DNA of 52,710 bases from an uncultured Sphaerochaeta sp. (GTDB taxonomy: Bacteria > Spirochaetota > Spirochaetia > Sphaerochaetales > Sphaerochaetaceae). The position numbers and the translations under genes are program-made. Positions 29,571 through 37,731 of this stretch are shown here, piece by piece; the stretch's first letter is position 1; each line of letters starts with the position of its first letter. The stretch lies in the NCBI GenBank assembly GCA_964588005.1, contig CAZPOJ010000001.1:1-52710 (forward strand), given 5' to 3'. The notes under the pieces were generated by a model. It did not search any database. It was not told where the DNA came from and was given only the letters and a program-made list of their open reading frames with translations.

Positions 29571-31217
29571 CTAAGCTAGCTCAATGATACTCTTATCATA
29601 CCCCTCTGGTGTCTCAAAACCCAGGAGGTTGATACACGTTGCAGCGATGCTGCTTATGCCCAGTCCTGTATTGAGCGTCTGGGAGTACTCCCCGTTGTAG
29701 GAGCTGTCGCAGATGATGCATGGTACAGGGTTGAGTGAGTGGGCTGTCTTTGCCTGAGGCTCGCCGTTTTCCTTGTACTTCACGCTCCCGTCCTTGGCGT
29801 GCTCGTACATGTCATCGGCATTGCCGTGGTCAGCGGTGATGACCATGACGCCCCCAGCTGCCATAACAGCCTTATGGATCCTCTCGATCTGCAGGTCCAT
29901 ACCCTCCATGGAGCAGACAACAGCCTGGAAGTTCCCGGTATGGCCTACCATATCACCGTTGGGGAAGTTCAACTTGATGAAATCCCAGTTGCCGGACTCT
30001 ATCTCTTTGAGGACGCGGTCTGCAATCTCGGCACACTTCATCCAGGGTCTCTGCTCAAAGGGAACGATATCGGAGGGAATCTCCACATACTCCTCAAGCT
30101 TGGGATCGAACTTGCCACTCTTGTTTCCGTTGAAGAAGTAGGTCACGTGGCCAAACTTCTGCGTCTCACTGATGGAGAACTGCCGTACCTTGGAGGCACA
30201 GAGGTACTCTGCCATGGTCTTGTCGATGGCAGGAGGCTGCACCAGGTACTGTGCGGGAACCTTCAAGTCCCCGTCATACTCCATCATGCCGGCATACTCG
30301 ACCTTGGGAACGCGCTTGCGATCAAACTCATCCAGGCTCTCAGCCTCAAAGGCCTTGGTGATCTCAAGGGCACGGTCACCTCTGAAGTTGAAGAGGATGA
30401 CACTGTCACCATCCTCAATGGTTCCCACAGGCTTGCCGCCTTCGGCAATGACGAAAGGAGGGAGGTCCTGGTCGATAGCCTTGCTCTCCACCCGTAGGGT
30501 CTCGATCGCATTGTGCGCTGAGTCGAACTGGCGGCCCTCGCCAAGGACGTGGGTCTCCCACCCCTTCTTGACCATATCCCAGTTTGCATTATAGCGGTCC
30601 ATGGTGATCTGCATGCGCCCACCACCACTGGCGATCCTTGCATCAAAGCCCTCATCATTGAGGGAGGCGAGAAACTCTTCAAACGGGTCAAAATACTCAA
30701 GGGCGCTGAGTTCGCCCACATCACGACCATCGAGGAGGGCGTGGACACGAACCCTTGTAGCTCCGTCCTCCTTGGCCTGCACGATCATATCCCTCAGGTT
30801 CTTGACGTTGGAGTGGACGTTACCGTCACTGAGCAGCCCGATGAAATGCAGGGTACTCTTCTTGTCCACTGTGTTGGCAACAAGTTTTTTCCAGGTAGCA
30901 CCTTCAAACATCGCCTTGCTCTCGATGGACTTGTTCACCAGCTTCGCCCCTTGGGCAAACACCCGACCACACCCCATAGCATTGTGCCCGACCTCACTGT
31001 TTCCCATATCCTCATCGGAGGGCAGACCGACGGCTACGCCATGGGCCTGCAGCTTGGTCCAGGGGTTCTGCTTGAAGAGCTTGTCCAGGGTCCGGGTCAT
31101 TGCAGCAGCAACACCATCACCTTCAGTATATTTTCCAAATCCGACGCCGTCCATTATCACCAGGACAACAGGTCCTTTTCTCTTAATCTGTGAATTCTTT
31201 TTCAATGCTTCTACCAT
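29571..31217 (-). CDS. gpmI: 2,3-bisphosphoglycerate-independent phosphoglycerate mutase
   Basis: VLVIMDG, MGNSEVGH, LSDGNVHS, FNFRGDR, ETQKFGHVTYF, NGDMVGHTG and TADHGN. Confidence 0.96.
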   Translation of the reverse strand: MVEALKKNSQIKRKGPVVLVIMDGVGFGKYTEGDGVAAAMTRTLDKLFKQNPWTKLQAHGVAVGLPSDEDMGNSEVGHNAMGCGRVFAQGAKLVNKSIESKAMFEGATWKKLVANTVDKKSTLHFIGLLSDGNVHSNVKNLRDMIVQAKEDGATRVRVHALLDGRDVGELSALEYFDPFEEFLASLNDEGFDARIASGGGRMQITMDRYNANWDMVKKGWETHVLGEGRQFDSAHNAIETLRVESKAIDQDLPPFVIAEGGKPVGTIEDGDSVILFNFRGDRALEITKAFEAESLDEFDRKRVPKVEYAGMMEYDGDLKVPAQYLVQPPAIDKTMAEYLCASKVRQFSISETQKFGHVTYFFNGNKSGKFDPKLEEYVEIPSDIVPFEQRPWMKCAEIADRVLKEIESGNWDFIKLNFPNGDMVGHTGNFQAVVCSMEGMDLQIERIHKAVMAAGGVMVITADHGNADDMYEHAKDGSVKYKENGEPQAKTAHSLNPVPCIICDSSYNGEYSQTLNTGLGISSIAATCINLLGFETPEGYDKSIIELA

Positions 31218-31241
31218 TTTGGTAACTCCTTACGTATCATT

Positions 31242-33017
31242 TTAGAGAGGGAGGGTAGCCTGCTTAAGATAGGCCTTTGCCTCATCGTCAACAAGATCCT
31301 TCAGCTCTTCGTAGACCCAACGGTGGTAGTTGTCTACCATGGCGAGCTCACTCTCGGTGAGCAGGGTCTTCTGTATCAACTTGCGTTCAAACGGGCAGAG
31401 GGTCAAGACCTCAAAGCTTAAGAACTGCCCGAATTCTGTCTTGACATCTTCACGTACGGCCACGATATTCTCGATGCGGATACCATGGCGGCCCTCCTTG
31501 TAGATGCCGGGCTCGTCACTGAGGATCATGCCCTTCTTCAAAGGTACATCAATGGCGCGGGTATTTATGACCGCAGGGCCCTCGTGCACATTGAGGCGGA
31601 ATCCCAGACCATGGCCAGTGCCATGGAAGTAGGTCATCCCCTCTTGCCAGAGGAACTGGCGAGCGAGGATGTCCAGTTGGTAGCCGCACGTCCCTTCAGG
31701 GAAGCGTGCAGAGGCGAGGGCCAGGTTCCCCTTGAGGACCAGGGTATAATCGCGTATCTGCTCTTCGGTAGCCTTGCCAAAGAGGATGGTACGCGTTATG
31801 TCGGTAAGACCGAACTCATACATCCCCCCGGTATCCAGGACCAGGAGGCCGTCACCCTCTATACGCGAGGAGCTCTCCTTTGTAGCACTGTAGTGGCACA
31901 TAGCCCCATGTTCGGCCCAGCCGGAGATGGGGGAGAAGGACTCCCCTATGCACGCCTTGTTGCGTTCTCGCTGTTCTCTGAGCAGGGTCGAGACCTCGAT
32001 CTCATCATACGAGCCTCCCTCTGTATCCAGGCGGGCGAGGAAGTTCACCAGGGCAACACCATCAAGGAGATGGCTACGGCGCATACCTTCCAGCTCGGTC
32101 TCATTCTTAGAGGCCTTCAAGTCAGTGGTAAAATCCCTTCCCTGTACATGGGCTGCCTTCAGGGTAGCAGCATAGAGATTGAGGTTGAGCTTAGCAGGGT
32201 CATAGTAGAGGACATCCCCCTCTGTAAGGATGCCTTCTATAGTAGCTTTAGCCTCTTCATAGGGGAGGATTTCAAAATCTTCGGACAAGGCTTCGTGTAT
32301 CTCGGCGCTGAACCGCTTGGGATCGGTGAAGAGCCATGCCTTCTCTGTACCTATAAGGAGGAAGGAGATGAATACAGGTGAGTGTACCGAGGTGTCAGAG
32401 GAGCGCAGGTTGGTTATCCAAGCGATATCGTCCAGGGAGGAGACCAGGGTATAGTTGCACCCTTTCTGCACCATTGCCAGACGCGCCATCGTAAGCTTCT
32501 GGATCCTGCTGAAGCCGGCAATCTCATTGGGAAGGTCAACCACGCTTGTGGAAGCGATGGGAGGCCTGTCGGCCCAAATTTCATCCAGAAAGTCTATACA
32601 GGCGACCAACTCTATCTTGTTCTGCTTGAAAGCCTCTTCCATCTCAGCGTTGACGCTCACCGTCAGGGTAGAGCCATCGATACCGATCCTGCCCCCTTGG
32701 GGGAGCTCGCTCGCCATCCAGCTTTGGGGGTTCTTGAACCCCTCGGTATCAAGCTTCATCAAGGTGAAGGGCGTCCCTTCGATCTGTTGGGCTCCTTGGA
32801 TGAAATAGCGTGAGTCTACCCAGAGCAAGGCTTTGTCCTTGGTGACAAGAACGCTTCCTGCGCTGCCGCTAAAGCCTGAGATCCACTGCCTGCTCTTCCA
32901 TCGGGAGGAGACATATTCGCTTTGGTGAGGATCGGTTCCATTGATATACCAAGCATCCAGACCTTCCCGGTCAAGGATAGCTCTCAGAGCAACTATTCGT
33001 TCTGTAACTGATGCCAC
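31242..33017 (-). CDS. Aminopeptidase P family (M24B) Xaa-Pro aminopeptidase
   Basis: DPHQSEY, WISGFSGSAG, DTGG.Y..GLTDITRT, HGTGHG, NVHEGP, EPGIY and GIRIEN. Confidence 0.93.
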   Translation of the reverse strand: MASVTERIVALRAILDREGLDAWYINGTDPHQSEYVSSRWKSRQWISGFSGSAGSVLVTKDKALLWVDSRYFIQGAQQIEGTPFTLMKLDTEGFKNPQSWMASELPQGGRIGIDGSTLTVSVNAEMEEAFKQNKIELVACIDFLDEIWADRPPIASTSVVDLPNEIAGFSRIQKLTMARLAMVQKGCNYTLVSSLDDIAWITNLRSSDTSVHSPVFISFLLIGTEKAWLFTDPKRFSAEIHEALSEDFEILPYEEAKATIEGILTEGDVLYYDPAKLNLNLYAATLKAAHVQGRDFTTDLKASKNETELEGMRRSHLLDGVALVNFLARLDTEGGSYDEIEVSTLLREQRERNKACIGESFSPISGWAEHGAMCHYSATKESSSRIEGDGLLVLDTGGMYEFGLTDITRTILFGKATEEQIRDYTLVLKGNLALASARFPEGTCGYQLDILARQFLWQEGMTYFHGTGHGLGFRLNVHEGPAVINTRAIDVPLKKGMILSDEPGIYKEGRHGIRIENIVAVREDVKTEFGQFLSFEVLTLCPFERKLIQKTLLTESELAMVDNYHRWVYEELKDLVDDEAKAYLKQATLPL

Positions 33018-33027
33018 GTATGCACTC

Positions 33028-33975
33028 CTATACCCTCTTGTCGACCTTTCGTACTACCAGATAGAGGGCTACTCCGGCAAGTATCATGGCAAGACAGAAC
33101 AGCTGTCCCATCGATATGTTGAAAAAGGATTGGAAGAGGGCGATGTTATCGCTCTCCTTTCCCCAGGCGATAATATACCCGAGGTTCTCATCAGGAGCCC
33201 TGAAGTACTCTATGACAAACCTGATGGCTCCATAGAAAACAAGGTAGGAAGCAAGGGCAAACCCATGGGGCTGGCGCTCTCTTCTTGGGCGGATGAGAAA
33301 CCACATCAGGAAAAAAAGGACTATGCCTTCAAACAGGGCTTCATAAAGCTGGGAGGGGTGTCGGGGAAGGTTGACCAACGATCCAGCCACATAGGGGATG
33401 TCCAGCTTCTCTGCTATGGTACGGACCCATGCATAGTTAGTGGAGAAACGGGGGGCATCGGGAAAGACCATGGCCCAGGCACTGGTGGAGACACGGCCAA
33501 AAAGTTCGCCATTGATAAAGTTACCAAGCCTGCCGAAGGTATAGCCAAGAGGAACGGCATAAACGACGGTGTCGGCAAGTTCAAGGAAATGCATCTTGTT
33601 TTTTTTACTGAAGATATAAGCACCTGCAACGGCACCTACAAGACCTCCATGGTAGCTCATGCCGGGAAGTCCGACAAATTGCCCGCCTCGGAAAGGCCAG
33701 AATATCATCCAGGGATGTGTCCAGTAGTAGAACGAGCCATCATAAAAAAGAACAGAGAACAAGCGAGCCCCCACCACAAGGCCGAGAATGCAGGCCAGCA
33801 CCAAGTTCAGGCTCTGGTCCTGGTCGAGGGCCACCTCATTTTTTCTTGCCTGCACGCGTATCAATGCATAGGCGAAACCAAATGCTATCACATACATCAG
33901 GCCATACCATCGTAGGGGAAGACCCGGGATGATTTCTGGTGTTATCCACCGGGGAAAATGGAGGAATAAAGTCAT
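33028..33975 (-). CDS. lgt: Prolipoprotein diacylglyceryl transferase
   Basis: LRWYGLMY, GMSYHGG, GRLGNFINGELFGR, PRHPSQLYEA and RFVIEYFR. Start MTLFL at 33975. Confidence 0.96.
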   Translation of the reverse strand: MTLFLHFPRWITPEIIPGLPLRWYGLMYVIAFGFAYALIRVQARKNEVALDQDQSLNLVLACILGLVVGARLFSVLFYDGSFYYWTHPWMIFWPFRGGQFVGLPGMSYHGGLVGAVAGAYIFSKKNKMHFLELADTVVYAVPLGYTFGRLGNFINGELFGRVSTSAWAMVFPDAPRFSTNYAWVRTIAEKLDIPYVAGSLVNLPRHPSQLYEALFEGIVLFFLMWFLIRPRRERQPHGFALASYLVFYGAIRFVIEYFRAPDENLGYIIAWGKESDNIALFQSFFNISMGQLFCLAMILAGVALYLVVRKVDKRV

Positions 33976-33981
33976 GCGCCA

Positions 33982-34051
33982 AGTGTAATGTGCAATAGTG
34001 CAGAGGTCAATACTGCAAAGAGTAGCCAAATTTTATAATATTCTGTATATT
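33982..34051. promoter_or_regulatory. Back-to-back divergent promoters for lgt and ctpA (both leaderless geometry)
   Basis: Minus: TTGACC (34010-34005), 17 nt, TACACT (33987-33982), 6 nt, ATG. Plus: TAGCCA (34023-34028), 17 nt, TATATT (34046-34051), 6 nt, ATG. Confidence 0.65.
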
Positions 34052-34057
34052 TACCTT

Positions 34058-35494
34058 ATGAAAAGAAAAACTATAGCAAGGCTTAGCCTTTCACTGATAC
34101 TGCTGCTTATCGTCATTCCTCTTTTCTCCTCAGGATCCTTAGAGGAAATTCTAGCCACCCCTACAACCAACACGTTGAGCATGCCCAAGCCAGGGGACAA
34201 AATTACCACCGATATGGAGGCTCTAGGCAGGCTCTACCGCTATGTCGACAGTATCTATATTGAGGAGGTCGACAAGGAGAAGGTATTCAACGACCTTGCC
34301 TCGGCACTTGTAGCGTCCTTGGATGACCCCTACTCTTTCTATGTACCGCCTTCTGAGGCAACAAACTATATGGAAGGAACAACGGGTATTTATGGGGGTA
34401 TCGGCACCTATTTGAACAAACCCTCACCAGAACGCAAGAATCCCTCTGACCCCTCATCCTACATGGTTACCATCATCTCCCCCTTCCCAGGATCTCCAGC
34501 CCAGCGGGCAGGCCTTATGGCAGGGGATCTCATCAGCCACATCAACGGTGAGAAGGTAGACGACCTTACCAGCTATGAGGCGAGCATCCTTCTCAGGGGC
34601 GAGCCGAAGACCGAGGTTACCGTCACCGTCTTCAGGGCCGGCACCTCGTTCGACCTCAGCCTGGTCAGGGAGAAGATCACCACACCGACCGTTGAAGCCA
34701 ACGTCATCGATGGGGATATCGGGTACATCGTGCTTTCAGAGTTTACCCCCCAGACAGGCGACCAGATGCTAAAAAGTGTTACTGAGCTGTTAAGCCAGGG
34801 CGTCAAGGGCTTGATCATCGACGAGCGCAACAACTCTGGTGGTGCTGTGGATGGGGCAATGCAGGTTGCAAACATCTTCCTGCCTGCCAATAAGGTCTTG
34901 GTCACCATCCAAGGCAAAAAGGGCTCCAACCGTGACAAGCGCTATATCTCCACAGGATCAACATTGGTTCCGGAGGATCTGCCCATCGTGCTGCTTACCA
35001 ATGGAGGATCGGCATCCTCCTCGGAGATTCTTGCTGCTGCAATGAAGGATAACAACCGTGCGACGCTCATCGGTACCAAGACCTTTGGCAAGGGCGTAGT
35101 GCAGGATGTGTTCAAGTTTGGCGATGGGTATGCCCAGGTTACTACCGCCCACTACTACACCCCCACAGGAGAGAATATCCACAAGAAGGGTATTGAGCCG
35201 GACATCATGGTCGAGGATATCAAGCTTCAGGATGAGGAGATTCCTGCCTACGAAAAGCTGATGACTGAAAAGGTGCTTGCAACCTTTGCAGACGAACATC
35301 CCGAGCCCACCACAGAGAACATACTCCTCTTCTCAGAAAATTATGCTGAGTACGGCATGAACCGAGATATTCTCAATATCTTGATGAGAAACGAGTATCT
35401 GGGAAGAATTCCTTTTGACGATCGACCTGTAGGCGACCTTGTCTTTGACAAGCAGCTCAAGCGTGCAGTCGAATTCATCCGTCTCGGCAGATGA
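34058..35494 (+). CDS. ctpA: C-terminal processing peptidase (S41, PDZ)
   Basis: Signal peptide, LDDPYS, PDZ GSPAQRAGL, IIDERNNSGG, SASSSEI and TFGKGVVQ catalytic Ser/Lys motifs. Confidence 0.92.
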   Translation: MKRKTIARLSLSLILLLIVIPLFSSGSLEEILATPTTNTLSMPKPGDKITTDMEALGRLYRYVDSIYIEEVDKEKVFNDLASALVASLDDPYSFYVPPSEATNYMEGTTGIYGGIGTYLNKPSPERKNPSDPSSYMVTIISPFPGSPAQRAGLMAGDLISHINGEKVDDLTSYEASILLRGEPKTEVTVTVFRAGTSFDLSLVREKITTPTVEANVIDGDIGYIVLSEFTPQTGDQMLKSVTELLSQGVKGLIIDERNNSGGAVDGAMQVANIFLPANKVLVTIQGKKGSNRDKRYISTGSTLVPEDLPIVLLTNGGSASSSEILAAAMKDNNRATLIGTKTFGKGVVQDVFKFGDGYAQVTTAHYYTPTGENIHKKGIEPDIMVEDIKLQDEEIPAYEKLMTEKVLATFADEHPEPTTENILLFSENYAEYGMNRDILNILMRNEYLGRIPFDDRPVGDLVFDKQLKRAVEFIRLGR

Positions 35495-36288
35495 GGCAGT
35501 ACCTTTTAGACAACTCTTTCACCGGTGACCAAGATAAGGTCGTCCTCACCGACAAGGAGAGCCAGTACCTTACCAAGGTACTGCGCCTCAAGGTGGGCGA
35601 TCGTATTCTTGGACGGGATAGAAAGGGCAAGACGTGGCTCTTGGAAATTGAGCAGATAGGAAAAAACAGTTGTATCCTCGCTGTCTCCCCTCCGAGAGAG
35701 AGCGAGGTGGCTGTCGCTACCGACGCCTTGCCCTCCTACAAAGGGAGCTATCCGCACATCTCTCTCTATCAATGCCTTTGCAAGGGCAAAAAGAATGAGA
35801 TGATAGTTCGCCAGGCAACAGAGATAGGGGTAGAAGAAATTACCTTTGTGCAGAGCACCTACTGCGTGAAGGACTTTTCCTCCAAGAAAGGAAACCTCCT
35901 GGGACCTCAGAAAGACCGCCTCGAAAGCCAGATAAAGGAAGCTATCCAGCAAAGTGGATCGCCCATCCCTACCCATCTGGGGGAAGAGTATATCGCCTTA
36001 GCCGATATTCCCGCCCATTGGAAAAACAAGGGACCTTTCATATTCTTCCACCAAAGCTCCAGGGGAGAGCAGCGGAGCCTGCCCCAACTGCTTGCTACCC
36101 TCCCTTCGGATAGTCCCATAGGGATACTCATAGGATCAGAGGGAGGGCTCTCGGACCAGGAGTGTGAGCTCCTGGAAAATGCAGGATTTTCCGCTGTCAT
36201 GCTGAAAGGAAATATACTCCGTTCTGAGACAGCTGCGATTTACGCCCTCTCAACCATCCAGGTCTTATTGACAGAAACCCAAAAGTAA
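35491..36288 (+). CDS. rsmE: 16S rRNA m3U1498 methyltransferase
   Basis: YLTKVLRL, RQATEIGV, EAIQQSG, LIGSEGG and NILRSETAA (SPOUT). Confidence 0.92.
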   Translation: MRQYLLDNSFTGDQDKVVLTDKESQYLTKVLRLKVGDRILGRDRKGKTWLLEIEQIGKNSCILAVSPPRESEVAVATDALPSYKGSYPHISLYQCLCKGKKNEMIVRQATEIGVEEITFVQSTYCVKDFSSKKGNLLGPQKDRLESQIKEAIQQSGSPIPTHLGEEYIALADIPAHWKNKGPFIFFHQSSRGEQRSLPQLLATLPSDSPIGILIGSEGGLSDQECELLENAGFSAVMLKGNILRSETAAIYALSTIQVLLTETQK

Positions 36289-36395
36289 ACCGGTAAACCT
36301 CTCATAGTTAGAGTAGCGTTACGCCATATGAGAACTTAGACTATCAGCAACTAATAGAGTTTACCTTCCCCTGATACCTCAAGAAGGAGTTGCAG

Positions 36396-37505
36396 ATGTC
36401 TCTTTTTATCATCTCTTCGGATTGGCGTTTCAAAGACCGCTTCAAACAACATTTCGCCTATGAGGCATTGCACATCTTCAGCATGGTCAGAAAATTACTG
36501 ATAGCACTGGAGCAGGCAGAAGGTGAACAAGATATATGGATCATTGCTGATCAGAAGTTGGGAGATAGTTCTCAAAGGCAGCTCCTGGAAGAGCTGCAGA
36601 GGGCCTCACTAGAGGTCAAGGTAATCTTATTCCTCGACAAGGGAAACCACCCTTTCATCCTGCCAAAGCTCTCCTTTCCCGTTGAGTTCATCCAAAAGGA
36701 GAAGCTCGACTATACCAAGTTTTTCTTACGTTTCAGCGAGGAGAAACGGATAGGAGAGCAAGCCATCTACTGTGCAGAGAGCCTCATAGGATCGAGTAAG
36801 AAGATGCAGGAAGTCCGTCGTGCCCTCGCTCTCTACTCCAAAGAGGAGTGTTCGATCCATCTGTATGGAGAGACAGGCACAGGCAAGGAGATTGCTGCGG
36901 GGATTGTCCACAGGATGAAGCACCCCTTCCGCAACATGATCAGCGTCAACTGCTCCTTGCTCCATGGTCCTATCGGGGACTCCATGTTCTACGGTCATGC
37001 AAAGGGGGCCTTTACCGATGGTAAGTATGAACTGCCCGGTCTAGTCCATGAGGCGAACCTATCGACGCTCTTTCTCGATGAAGTGGAAAATCTCTCCTTG
37101 AGTTCCCAGGCAAACATGCTCAGACTCCTGGAAACCGGGCAGTACAGACAACTTGGAGATACCAAGGTGAAAAGTTCAAAGTTCAAGCTGGTCACTGCAT
37201 CAAATGTGAACCTAAAGCGTCTTATCGAGGAAAACCGAGTTCGCAAGGATTTCTACTACAGGATCAGCGACACCACCATCTGCCTCCCCCCACTGAGGGA
37301 GCATCTTGAAGATATCCCCCAACTCTGTCACCATTTCTTCAAACAGCACTTTCCAGAAAAACAGCTTGATGAGCAAGCTCTTATGCTCCTGAGGCTCTAT
37401 TCCTGGCCAGGTAATGTCCGCCAGCTCTTCTCCACGCTCAGGAGGTGTTGCATTCGGTCAGGCGAAGATGAGCGGGTGCATATCTTTCCTGAAGATATCG
37501 CCTAA
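36396..37505 (+). CDS. Sigma54-interaction-type AAA+ protein with a degenerate receiver domain and no HTH
   Basis: GETGTGKE, VNCS, GHAKGAFTDG, LFLDEV, RKDFYYRI, LPPLRE and WPGNVRQL. The ORF ends right after the AAA+ lid. AAGGAG SD before ATG 36396. Confidence 0.85.
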   Translation: MSLFIISSDWRFKDRFKQHFAYEALHIFSMVRKLLIALEQAEGEQDIWIIADQKLGDSSQRQLLEELQRASLEVKVILFLDKGNHPFILPKLSFPVEFIQKEKLDYTKFFLRFSEEKRIGEQAIYCAESLIGSSKKMQEVRRALALYSKEECSIHLYGETGTGKEIAAGIVHRMKHPFRNMISVNCSLLHGPIGDSMFYGHAKGAFTDGKYELPGLVHEANLSTLFLDEVENLSLSSQANMLRLLETGQYRQLGDTKVKSSKFKLVTASNVNLKRLIEENRVRKDFYYRISDTTICLPPLREHLEDIPQLCHHFFKQHFPEKQLDEQALMLLRLYSWPGNVRQLFSTLRRCCIRSGEDERVHIFPEDIA

Positions 37506-37515
37506 AACAGGACTC

Positions 37516-37553
37516 AAAAAGAAGAGAGGGGACGAAAACAAACCCCTCTCTTC
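37516..37553 (-). terminator. Intrinsic terminator of the feo operon
   Basis: GAAGAGAGGGG (37521-37531) pairs with CCCCTCTCTTC (37543-37553), followed by TTTTT on the minus strand. Confidence 0.75.
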
Positions 37554-37573
37554 AGAACTGATTACTAATTGGA

Positions 37574-37723
37574 TTACTGGCAAGAACTACTGCAACCCGA
37601 GCAACTTCCCGAGCAAGATATATCATCCTTATGCAGGGTTTTAACCCTTGCCAGACGTACTCTCTTTACGGTAAACGAAGCCAGAAACACTACTACCGCC
37701 AGAGCTATCACATAATTTATCAT
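37574..37723 (-). CDS. FeoB-associated Cys-rich membrane peptide (49 aa, absent from the ORF track)
   Basis: Translated by hand: MINYVIALAVVVFLASFTVKRVRLARVKTLHKDDISCSGSCSGCSSSCQ*. AGGAGG SD overlaps the feoB stop. One TM plus CxxxCxxCxxxC. Confidence 0.85.
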   Translation of the reverse strand: MINYVIALAVVVFLASFTVKRVRLARVKTLHKDDISCSGSCSGCSSSCQ

Positions 37724-37731
37724 AGAGCCTC

